A stretch of 64,000 nt of DNA from Lachnospiraceae bacterium. GTDB taxonomy: Bacteria > Bacillota > Clostridia > Lachnospirales > Lachnospiraceae. Positions 9,583-17,714 of the stretch are shown here, in pieces (the first letter of the stretch is position 1; each line of letters starts with the position of its first letter). The stretch is taken from assembly GCA_021205385.1 (NCBI GenBank), contig JAJPXQ010000003.1, positions 812-64,811 on the forward strand, written 5' to 3'. The translations under genes were made by a program, and so were the position numbers. The notes under the pieces were generated by a model. It was not told the origin of the DNA, searched no databases, and saw nothing but the letters and a program-made list of their open reading frames with translations.

Positions 9583-9870
9583 ATGAAAGCAAAATCAGAG
9601 GTAAGTCAGGAATTGTATCAGATGATGCTGGACAGAGGGTATCAGGAGCGGTTCTGCGATCTGGTCACGCAGAATCTGAATACGGATTTCACTGCGCAGA
9701 GAATGATCTATTATCTTTCTCATTACAGCACCCTGCCGGAAGGGGAGATCGTGGACGAGATGCTTGCAATCCTCGACGATAGGAAGCGGATCATGCAGAA
9801 AAAGCAGTTGGAGCACAGCAATGCGGTATATAACGAGTATTTAAACCGTAGAAGAATGGAAGAAGACTGA
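9583..9870 (+). CDS. Hypothetical protein (95 aa)
   Basis: Clean ORF in the co-directional run, with a plausible start after the repeat. No recognisable motif. Confidence 0.7.
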   Translation: MKAKSEVSQELYQMMLDRGYQERFCDLVTQNLNTDFTAQRMIYYLSHYSTLPEGEIVDEMLAILDDRKRIMQKKQLEHSNAVYNEYLNRRRMEED

Positions 9871-9871
9871 A

Positions 9872-10157
9872 ATGAAGCTTAAAAATGTACTGATTGTGGC
9901 CAAGGATATAGAAAAGTCAAAGCAGTTTGAATATTGTGTTTGACAGTGATGAAACTGTGATTCTGACAGAAGGTCTGGTGCTTCAGGACGAAAAAGTCTG
10001 GAAGCTGGAGCAGCTTTATCCTGTAGTCAAATATGTCAATAGATTGGCAGCATACAACTGGGGTCAGAAAATGGTGCGCTTTTATGACCCGGATGGGAAT
10101 CTGATTGAAGTAAGGACGCCGACACAATCCCGGGCAGACAAAGGAAGTGTGACATAG
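9872..10157 (+). pseudogene. Glyoxalase/VOC-family gene broken by a frameshift and internal deletions
   Basis: MKLKNVLIVAKDIEKSKQF in one frame continues as ...ILTEGLVLQDEKVWK/LEQLYP..YVNRL..YNWGQKMVRFYDPDGNLIEV in another. The typical middle segments are missing. Confidence 0.75.
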
Positions 10158-10277
10158 TTTTAAACTGTCATCGGCGGAAACTTTTAGAACAGCTGCATCG
10201 GGAGCAAAGAAAAATTGACTGTTTGGATTACCTTAGTTATCAGATGGAAAGAGAAAGCAGGGAGTGAATTACATAAT

Positions 10278-10835
10278 ATGGTTAAAAGAATTTTATTCGC
10301 TGTTTTGATGGGTATTGTGCTGTTTTCCCTGGCTGCCTGCGGAAACTCACAGGAGGTGGAAGAATCCACTGGAGTGTCTTCGACGGAAATGGAAAATATC
10401 GAAGAAGCAGTAGAGGAGAGTGGAGGAAATGGGAAGGAAGAAACCGTGTCAGAATCGGAAACAGAGAACCTGGAGCAGGAGGAGGCTATGAAAATGAATG
10501 TTCAAATTGGAAGCAGCACCTTTACCGCGACACTCGAAAGCAATGAGGCAGTAGATGCGCTTGTCGAGATGATGGAGAACGGTCCGGTTACAATCAGTAT
10601 GAGCGATTATTCCGGATTTGAAAAAGTGGGTGCTCTGGGAACAAGTCTGCCGACAAGCGATTATCAGATGACGACGCAGGCGGGTGATATTGTGCTGTAT
10701 AACGGAGATCAGATTGTCATCTTTTATGGATCCAACTCCTGGAGCTATACCAGGCTGGGGAAGATTGACGATCTGACCGGATGGGAAGAGGTACTCGGCA
10801 CCGGGAATGTAGAAGTAACATTTTCCCTGGACTGA
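10278..10835 (+). CDS. Lipoprotein with cyclophilin-like fold
   Basis: Signal peptide with lipobox LAAC, acidic linker, then TATLESNEAVDAL..MSDYSGFEK..AGDIVLYNGDQIVIFYGSNSWSYTRLGKI. Start moved to MVKR (10278). Confidence 0.8.
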   Translation: MVKRILFAVLMGIVLFSLAACGNSQEVEESTGVSSTEMENIEEAVEESGGNGKEETVSESETENLEQEEAMKMNVQIGSSTFTATLESNEAVDALVEMMENGPVTISMSDYSGFEKVGALGTSLPTSDYQMTTQAGDIVLYNGDQIVIFYGSNSWSYTRLGKIDDLTGWEEVLGTGNVEVTFSLD

Positions 10836-10857
10836 TAATTGCAAAAATGAGGAGGAA

Positions 10858-11970
10858 ATGAGAATGCAGTATAAGAAATACAGGGAAATTCAAAATCTCT
10901 CTCGTCTTGGCATGGGGCTGATGCGTCTGCCGGTGCAGGATGGGGACTATGGCAGAATTGATTACGAAAAAGCAAAGGCCATCGTTGACCGTTGTATGAA
11001 GGGCGGGATCAATTATTATGACACTGCCTACATTTATCACAACGGAACGTCAGAGGAATTTGCCGGGAAGGCACTGGCAGAGTATCCGCGGGACAGCTAC
11101 TATATCGCGGATAAGTTTAATTTTCAGGCAGAGCCGGACTATGAAAAGCAGTTCGAAGAGCAGCTTCGGCGTCTGCGGATGGACTACATAGACTTTTATC
11201 TGCTCCATGGCATTCAGGATAACTTTCAGGAAGCTATTCTGGCAGGCGGCTGCATCGACTATTTTGATGAGCAGAAGAAAAATGGCCGGATTCATTATCT
11301 GGGCTTTTCCTTCCACGGAAATCCTGAAAATCTTCGGAAGATGCTGGACCAGTATCCATGGGATTTTGTCCAGATACAGCTGAACTATTACGACTGGTAT
11401 TTTGGCGATGCAAAGGAACTGTATGAGATTCTGGAAAAGGCGCAGATTCCGGTCATGGTCATGGAGCCGGTCCACGGCGGGCTGCTGGCGAAGCTTACGG
11501 ATGATGCGGCAGCTGTTTTAAAGGGATATTCCCCGGATGCTTCTCAGGCCTCCTGGGCGATGCGCTGGGTTATGGGTCTTCCGGGAGTACAGGTCGTATT
11601 AAGCGGGATGTCGGACACGGCTCAGGCGGAGGATAATCTGACTACATTCGATCAGACAGTTTCCCTGTCAGAGGAGGAACAGCGTCTGATTCATCAGGCA
11701 GCGGATATCCAGCGGAAAGCGGTGGCCGTTCCCTGCACTTCCTGTAGATACTGCTGTGCGGACTGTCCGGCGGGTTTGGATATTCCGAAATTGCTGAAGT
11801 ATTATAACGATTACAAGCTTGGCGGTGCGTGGAGGCTGGCCGGTATCTCTGCCATGCCGGAGGAGAAAAGGCCGACCGCCTGTGTCGGATGCGGTTCATG
11901 CACCCGGCATTGCCCGCAGGGGCTGGAAACACCGAAGTATATGGAAGAGCTGAAAAAGATGGCTCATTAA
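10858..11970 (+). CDS. Aldo/keto reductase with C-terminal 4Fe-4S domain
   Basis: LGMGLMRLP, GINYYDTAYIY, DYIDFYLLH, LGFSFHG, VMEPVHGG; C-terminal CTSCRYC and CVGCGSCTRHCP. Confidence 0.9.
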   Translation: MRMQYKKYREIQNLSRLGMGLMRLPVQDGDYGRIDYEKAKAIVDRCMKGGINYYDTAYIYHNGTSEEFAGKALAEYPRDSYYIADKFNFQAEPDYEKQFEEQLRRLRMDYIDFYLLHGIQDNFQEAILAGGCIDYFDEQKKNGRIHYLGFSFHGNPENLRKMLDQYPWDFVQIQLNYYDWYFGDAKELYEILEKAQIPVMVMEPVHGGLLAKLTDDAAAVLKGYSPDASQASWAMRWVMGLPGVQVVLSGMSDTAQAEDNLTTFDQTVSLSEEEQRLIHQAADIQRKAVAVPCTSCRYCCADCPAGLDIPKLLKYYNDYKLGGAWRLAGISAMPEEKRPTACVGCGSCTRHCPQGLETPKYMEELKKMAH

Positions 11971-11985
11971 AGGGAGGAGAACCAT

Positions 11986-13080
11986 ATGGAATATCGTATT
12001 CTGCCCCGCGGGGGCGAAAAAATCAGCGTGATTGGAATGGGGTCTTCCGTGATCGGGGAGCGGCCGGAGGAGGAAATCATGGCAACCGTCCAGTCCGCGG
12101 TGGAAAACGGCATCAACTATTTCGATATGGCTGGCGGCCATGCGACGATTTTTGACGCCTATGGAAAAGCCCTGGAGGGGAAACGGGATCAGGTCTATCT
12201 GCAGGTTCATTTCGGTGCAGACTACACGACCGGGGAATATGGCTGGACGACCAGCCTTAAGAAAATCCAGAATTCTGTTCAGTGGCAGCTGGAAAAGCTG
12301 CGGACGGATTACATTGACTTTGGCTTTATCCACTGCATGGATGAGGAGAAGGATCTGAACACCTACATCAAAAATGGCGTCCTGAATTACATTCTGGATC
12401 TGAAAAAGAAGGGGATTGTCCATCATATCGGACTGTCCTCTCATACGCCGTCCGTTGCGCATAAGGTCCTGGATATGGGGATTGTGGACGTCCTGATGTT
12501 TAGCATCAATCCGGTGTATGACTATGGGCAGGGAGACTATGCCATCGGCAGCAGCAGTGAGCGCTATGAGTTGTATCGCCGTTGCGAAAAAGAGGGTGTC
12601 GGCATCGTCGTTATGAAGCCCTTCTGCGGCGGGCAGCTTCTGGATGCGGAGAAGTCCCCGTTCGGCGTGGCGCTTGGGAAACACCAGTGTATTCAGTATG
12701 CGCTGGACAAGCCGGGCGTGTTGACCGTTGTTCCTGGATACGGCAGTGAGGCGGAACTGATGGAGGTGCTGGACTATTTTCAGGTTCCAGATGAGCAGAA
12801 AGACTATTCTGTGATCGCGGGGTACACGCCCAGAGAGTCTGAAGGCATCTGCGTCTACTGCAAGCACTGCCATCCTTGCCCTGCAGGTCTCGATATTGCA
12901 CTGATCAATAAGTATTATGACCTGGCGATGTTGGGTGACAACCTGGCGAGGGAACACTACCTGACGCTGGAAAAAACAGCCGGGGACTGTATCAGCTGCG
13001 GCCACTGCGATGATCGCTGCCCGTTCCATGTCCGCCAGAGCGAGCGAATGAAAATGATATGTGAGACATTTGGAAAATGA
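11986..13080 (+). CDS. Aldo/keto reductase with C-terminal 4Fe-4S domain
   Basis: GINYFDMA, DYIDFGFIHC, IGLSSH, VMKPFCGG; CVYCKHCHPCP and CISCGHCDDRCP. Confidence 0.9.
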   Translation: MEYRILPRGGEKISVIGMGSSVIGERPEEEIMATVQSAVENGINYFDMAGGHATIFDAYGKALEGKRDQVYLQVHFGADYTTGEYGWTTSLKKIQNSVQWQLEKLRTDYIDFGFIHCMDEEKDLNTYIKNGVLNYILDLKKKGIVHHIGLSSHTPSVAHKVLDMGIVDVLMFSINPVYDYGQGDYAIGSSSERYELYRRCEKEGVGIVVMKPFCGGQLLDAEKSPFGVALGKHQCIQYALDKPGVLTVVPGYGSEAELMEVLDYFQVPDEQKDYSVIAGYTPRESEGICVYCKHCHPCPAGLDIALINKYYDLAMLGDNLAREHYLTLEKTAGDCISCGHCDDRCPFHVRQSERMKMICETFGK

Positions 13081-13090
13081 GAAGCCTTGC

Positions 13091-14383
13091 TTATTGCCGT
13101 GCAATGCCGCCCTTGTTCAGAATGGATTCACTCATATGGCTGGCCTCCGCAAATCCCTGCTCTTTAAGCCCTTCGCCTGCAGAAATGAGCGCTTTTTCAA
13201 AGTCGGAAGCCATGGCATCGAAGCGGTTCATGGCCATTTTGGCGCCAAGCCCGACTTCTTTGGCAGCTTTTTCAAATGATTTTCTTGAGATGGCGTGAAT
13301 ATTACGTTCCCCGCCAATGCTGAACGCCATATCCTCACTTCCGCTGTCATAGACCGCGGTGCTGACAAGATCGTATGCGGGGGCAAGCCGGATACTTTTC
13401 AGATCTGCGTTGTACAATAGAGACAGATTCTTGATGTGGTTATCCGTATTGCCAACGAGATAGTTGAAGATACAGATATCCCAGAGTTGGAGCTGGTCCT
13501 CCAGAGGATTTGCGGAATACAGCTGCAGCAGGCGGAACATCTTTGCCATATATCCTTCGTCGCCTCGCTCATATTTGCGTGCGGCCGCGATGCCGAGCGC
13601 CTGAGCAAAATCCTCCTGATGGAGCCGGAGTGGGACAGGCAGCCCGTTCAGATTCCTGCAGGAATCCTGCCAGATCCTGTCATATCTTCTGGTCGCCAGG
13701 AGAACATCTTCTTCACCGGGATTTCTGTCGGAGCCGGACAGGTTCAGAATAAAACTGTCCGGCACAGCAATGCCGAGATGTCTCGCTGTCAGGAGGCAGA
13801 GCTGCTCGTTTGTCACAATCCGGTTCAGCCTTACATGGCTCTGCTTGACAATGTGCGTACTGGGCGCGTCGCCAATAGGAAGATACCACTGCTTTTTTTG
13901 CTCATCGTAATAGAGGCCGACTTTTCCCGAAGCGCCGGTCAGGGATAAATGTGATTTGGCGACGATCGATGCGGACTCGACTGCTCCTTCGCGCGCCAGG
14001 TCTTCGACCTCCTGTGGAGACAGGGGACGGTATTCTGGCGCATCTTCGGCCACACCCTCTTCCAGTATTTTCACCGCACCGAGGCATTCTTTCCCCAGAG
14101 CTGAAAGGATGGAAAGATAATCGCTTTCATCGGCATGGAGTCGCCTCGCAACGCACTTTCTGGTAAAGCCTTCTGGTAGGAGACCCTCAAAATAATTCTC
14201 TGTCTGGCTCGGCGAGAATGTCCTCTCTTCCAATGGAAGACTTAGGGATACTGGCCTGCTGTCCGAACGGGATCGGTAGTCCTCCGCATAGGAGAAACAG
14301 GCGTTGTTGCTGTCGTGTCCGGTAATCTGACCGACATAAACAGCCTTTCCTTTGATTTCCATCCACACTGATAATTTCCGCAT
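13091..14383 (-). CDS. hipA: HipA-family Ser/Thr kinase toxin
   Basis: HipA N-domain (SLSLPL, FEGLLPEG), SLTGASGK, HIVK, RRYDR, HQEDFAQ, GNTDNHIKN, LAPAYDLV. Start at MRKL, 1 nt after the antitoxin stop. Confidence 0.92.
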   Translation of the reverse strand: MRKLSVWMEIKGKAVYVGQITGHDSNNACFSYAEDYRSRSDSRPVSLSLPLEERTFSPSQTENYFEGLLPEGFTRKCVARRLHADESDYLSILSALGKECLGAVKILEEGVAEDAPEYRPLSPQEVEDLAREGAVESASIVAKSHLSLTGASGKVGLYYDEQKKQWYLPIGDAPSTHIVKQSHVRLNRIVTNEQLCLLTARHLGIAVPDSFILNLSGSDRNPGEEDVLLATRRYDRIWQDSCRNLNGLPVPLRLHQEDFAQALGIAAARKYERGDEGYMAKMFRLLQLYSANPLEDQLQLWDICIFNYLVGNTDNHIKNLSLLYNADLKSIRLAPAYDLVSTAVYDSGSEDMAFSIGGERNIHAISRKSFEKAAKEVGLGAKMAMNRFDAMASDFEKALISAGEGLKEQGFAEASHMSESILNKGGIARQ

Positions 14384-14384
14384 C

Positions 14385-14600
14385 CTACTCACCTCGCTTC
14401 TCGATCAAAAGGTCCATCCCCAGAATGTTTACCAGCTGGATCGCCTTTTCCAGCTGTATACTGGGCTTTCCCCGCTCAAGATCCGAAATGAAAGTAATGC
14501 TCAGTCCGGTGCATGCGGAGAGGTAGCTCTGCGTATAGTGAAGTTCTTTCCTTCTTTTGCGTATGGCTTCTCCGAAGGATTTTGCATCTGCGATTTTCAT
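14385..14600 (-). CDS. HipB-like XRE helix-turn-helix antitoxin
   Basis: 71 aa; IRKRRKELHYTQSYLS..TGLSITFISDLERGKPSIQLEKA. RBS AAGGAG 8 nt upstream. Precedes hipA. Confidence 0.88.
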   Translation of the reverse strand: MKIADAKSFGEAIRKRRKELHYTQSYLSACTGLSITFISDLERGKPSIQLEKAIQLVNILGMDLLIEKRGE

Positions 14601-14617
14601 TGGAAAGTCTCCTTTTT

Positions 14618-14706
14618 TGCCGAGCGGCGCTATTTCCAAAGGTGCTTCATAAAAAATGCCGAACGGCTGTATTTGCGCCTGCTTTGGTAAAATTATGCCG
14701 AACGAC
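14618..14706. promoter_or_regulatory. Three quasi-palindromic operator-like boxes (TGCCGA[A/G]CG[G/A]C) at 39 bp spacing in the hipBA leader
   Basis: Boxes start at 14618 (tgccgagcggc), 14657 (tgccgaacggc) and 14696 (tgccgaacgac). Confidence 0.7.
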
Positions 14707-14714
14707 TTTATTTG

Positions 14715-14743
14715 ATTATAGGTTTTGCGAAGGTGGATGTCAA
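14715..14743 (-). promoter_or_regulatory. Consensus sigma-A promoter of hipBA
   Basis: Minus strand TTGACA (14738-14743), 17 nt, TATAAT (14715-14720). Confidence 0.85.
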
Positions 14744-14909
14744 GGGAATACCTCCACTCAAGTTATGCAAATGCCGACAGGTCATTTCTGAATTGAATGG
14801 GAACAAAAGTTAGTTTATAATGATTATGATGATTCAGGAGCGGAAACAGGCATGAACAAATTAGAAGGCACCTAAGTGCATAGATGTCAATGAAATGCAG
14901 AATGGTCAT

Positions 14910-14960
14910 ACAAAATAAGCGATTTTGTGAAAAATGGGCGATCAAAAATAGCGATTTTGT
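14910..14960. promoter_or_regulatory. Two palindromic boxes upstream of the TetR gene (candidate operators)
   Basis: acaaaat-aagcg-attttgt (14910-14928) and caaaa-atagcga-ttttg (14943-14959). Confidence 0.5.
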
Positions 14961-15035
14961 AATGAACAATATGTGAGGAGCAAAGACTGGCGGAAGTGCA
15001 GGCATTTTACGAAGAAATAAAGAAGGAATGAGATT

Positions 15036-15614
15036 ATGTCGCAGATTACCAAACGGGCATTGGAGCAAAGTCTGAAAAACCTGCTGCTCAAAAAACCATT
15101 GAATAAAATCACAATCAACGATATAACAGAGGACTGCGGTATCAACCGGATGACCTTTTATTATCATTTCAATGACATCTATGATCTGGTGGAATGGGCT
15201 TGCCTGGAAGATGCTCAGAAGGCTCTTCAGCAAAAGAAAACCTATGATACGTGGCAGGAAGGTTTCCTGCAGATTTTTCAGGCAGTTAAGGAAAATAAGC
15301 CATTTATTCTGAATGTCTACCATTGTGTTCACCGGGAACAGGTAGAACTCTACCTGAAACCGTTGGTAAACAGGCTCCTTATGGGGGTTTTGGAGGAAGA
15401 GTCCAGAGGCATGTCGGTCAGGGAAGAAGACATGGCATTTATAGCAAACATTTATTCCTACATATTTATTGGATTGATGCTGGATTGGGTCAGGGATGAT
15501 ATGCGGGAGGAACCGTCGACGATAGTCGCCAGGCTGGCAATTGCAATCCAGGGTGTATTCCGGCAGTCGCTGGAGCGTTTTCGAATGGATCATACATCAA
15601 ATGAAACAAAATGA
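15036..15614 (+). CDS. TetR/AcrR-family transcriptional regulator
   Basis: KPLNKITINDITEDCGINRMTFYYHFNDIYDL HTH. Confidence 0.92.
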   Translation: MSQITKRALEQSLKNLLLKKPLNKITINDITEDCGINRMTFYYHFNDIYDLVEWACLEDAQKALQQKKTYDTWQEGFLQIFQAVKENKPFILNVYHCVHREQVELYLKPLVNRLLMGVLEEESRGMSVREEDMAFIANIYSYIFIGLMLDWVRDDMREEPSTIVARLAIAIQGVFRQSLERFRMDHTSNETK

Positions 15615-15634
15615 TAAACTTTTTTACAATCTTG

Positions 15635-15668
15635 CGGTGTTGATAAGTTTCTTATCAACGCCGTTTTT
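15635..15668 (+). terminator. Intrinsic terminator after TetR
   Basis: cggtgttgataag-ttt-cttatcaacgccg followed by ttttt. Confidence 0.65.
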
Positions 15669-15735
15669 CTGTTTATAGAATTCCTGCGGAAAATTTGTAC
15701 AATTAAATTATCAACAAAAACAGGAGGTCATTGTA

Positions 15736-17538
15736 ATGTATTACGGTGCAGGAACTTATGAAGCGTTTGCTCACCCGGAAAAACCGGAGGGTGTAGACAG
15801 GAAATCCGCCTATATCATTGGAACTGGTCTGGCTGGTCTGACGGCAGCTTTTTATCTGGTGCGGGACGGTCAGATGAAGGGCGAGCATGTCCACATTTTT
15901 GAAAAACTGGATCTGGCCGGTGGAAGTTGTGACGGTCGTAAGGATGTGTCGAAAGGGTTCTATATGCGCGGTGGTCGTGAAATGGACAATCATTTTGAGA
16001 TCATGTGGGATGTGTTCCGGGATGTCCCATCTATCGAAACACCTGGCGTTTCCGTGCTGGACGAATATTATTGGCTGAACAAGCACGATCCCAATTATTC
16101 CCTCTGTCGCGCCACAGAGAAATGTGGGCAGGACGCTCACACGGACAAAAAGTTTGCCCTGGACAAAGAATCAGCCATGGCGTTGACGAGGCTCTTTATC
16201 ACGCTCGAAAAGGATCTGGAGGATAAGAAAATCTCTGAGGTATTGCCTGAATCTTTTTGGTCTACCAATTTCTGGCTGTACTGGCAGACCATGTTCGCTT
16301 TCCAGCGCTGGTCCAGCGCTCTGGAAATGAAACGCTATCTCTGCCGTTTCTGTCATCACATCGACGGTCTGCCGGATTTCAGCGCTCTTCGATTTACGAG
16401 ATACAACCAGTATGAGAGCATGATTCTTCCCCTGGTCAGGTATCTGGAAAGCCATGGAGTTCAGATTGAATTCGGTATGGATGTAAGGAATGTGCAGATC
16501 GAAAGTATCGGTGACAGGAGAATTGCAAAGCAGATTGTTTATCGGAAGAATGGTCAGCAGCAGACGATTGATCTGACCGAGGATGATCTGGTGTTTATCA
16601 CGAATGGCTGTTGCACGGACACGTCCTGCTACGGCGATCAGACGCATGCGCCTGATTTGAGCAACGTGCGCAATCTTAGCGGTGAAAGCTGGGATCTGTG
16701 GAAGAATATTGCCGCTCAGGCTACCCACGGGGAATTCGGCAATCCGGATCATTATTGTGATGATTTTGAAGCAACAAACTGGATGAGCGCTACGGTTGCT
16801 ACTTCCAATGAAGAAATCATCCGTTATATCATGAATATATGCCAGCGCGATCCTCGTTCCGGCAAGGTGGCAACAGGGGGGATTGTGACGGTGAAGGACA
16901 GCGCAGACAACTGGTATCTGTCCTGGACGATTAACCGCCAGCCACAGTTCAAGTCGCAGGATAAGGGAACTATTCTGGTATGGGTGTATGGACTGACGAC
17001 CAATAAAGAGGGCAATTATGTCAAAAAAATAATGCGTGACTGCACCGGTGAGGAGATTTGCAGAGAGTGGTTGTACCACATTGGCGTCCCCGAAGATCGA
17101 ATTGCTTATCTTGCTGAGAATGAGTGTAATACCACTACCTGTTTCATGCCCTTTATCAACTCCTTTTTTCAGCCCAGAAAGGAATCCGATCGTCCCAGAG
17201 TTGTGCCCAATGGAGCTGTAAACTTCGCCTTCATCGGTCAGTTTGCCGAGACCCCCAGAGACACAATCTTCACCACGGAGTATTCCATGAGAACCGGCAT
17301 GGAGTCCGTCTATACTTTGCTGAATGTAGATCGCGCTGTGCCGGAGGTCTGGGGAAGCAAGTATGATATCAGGGAACTGTTGCGGGCAGCCTACTATGGC
17401 ATCGACAAGAAACCCATTACGGAGGTGAAACTCAGCTTCTGGGAACACGAAGCACTTCGTATTCTCATGAAGAAGGTCAGGGGAACCGATGTGGAACTTC
17501 TTTTAAAAGAAAGTGGGCTGATTCCGGAAGGAATGTAA
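15736..17538 (+). CDS. ohyA: Oleate hydratase (myosin-cross-reactive antigen family)
   Basis: MYYGAGTYEAFAHP, FAD motif IIGTGLAGLTAA, RGGREM, RYNQYESMILP, FIGQFAET..DTIFTTEYSMRT. Confidence 0.95.
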   Translation: MYYGAGTYEAFAHPEKPEGVDRKSAYIIGTGLAGLTAAFYLVRDGQMKGEHVHIFEKLDLAGGSCDGRKDVSKGFYMRGGREMDNHFEIMWDVFRDVPSIETPGVSVLDEYYWLNKHDPNYSLCRATEKCGQDAHTDKKFALDKESAMALTRLFITLEKDLEDKKISEVLPESFWSTNFWLYWQTMFAFQRWSSALEMKRYLCRFCHHIDGLPDFSALRFTRYNQYESMILPLVRYLESHGVQIEFGMDVRNVQIESIGDRRIAKQIVYRKNGQQQTIDLTEDDLVFITNGCCTDTSCYGDQTHAPDLSNVRNLSGESWDLWKNIAAQATHGEFGNPDHYCDDFEATNWMSATVATSNEEIIRYIMNICQRDPRSGKVATGGIVTVKDSADNWYLSWTINRQPQFKSQDKGTILVWVYGLTTNKEGNYVKKIMRDCTGEEICREWLYHIGVPEDRIAYLAENECNTTTCFMPFINSFFQPRKESDRPRVVPNGAVNFAFIGQFAETPRDTIFTTEYSMRTGMESVYTLLNVDRAVPEVWGSKYDIRELLRAAYYGIDKKPITEVKLSFWEHEALRILMKKVRGTDVELLLKESGLIPEGM

Positions 17539-17576
17539 TCGACACAAAACCTGTTGTCGCTAAAGGGAGAACCATA

Positions 17577-17703
17577 GGAAACGGATCATTATCGGAATCC
17601 GGACAGGAACTGGGAAATCAGGCAGATTTTATCTGAATACAGAAGAGAAATTACCGGGTATGGAGGATAAAATCCGTATCCGGTAAAAATATGGAAGTGG
17701 CTG
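17577..17703 (+). repeat. Direct repeat, copy 2 (orphan copy of the J-domain gene 3' end)
   Basis: ggaaacggatcattatcggaatccggacagg...aatatggaagtggctg, ~90% identical by eye to 9450-9576. Confidence 0.9.
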
Positions 17704-17714
17704 CGTCACAAAAC

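Noticed and set aside
14618-14706. 39 bp periodic repeats here (and the 22 bp ones at 56545-56632) as a possible CRISPR array
   Set aside because: The repeats are only 11-16 nt, there are 3-4 copies, the spacers are too short and no cas genes are present; operator and transposon-end explanations fit better.
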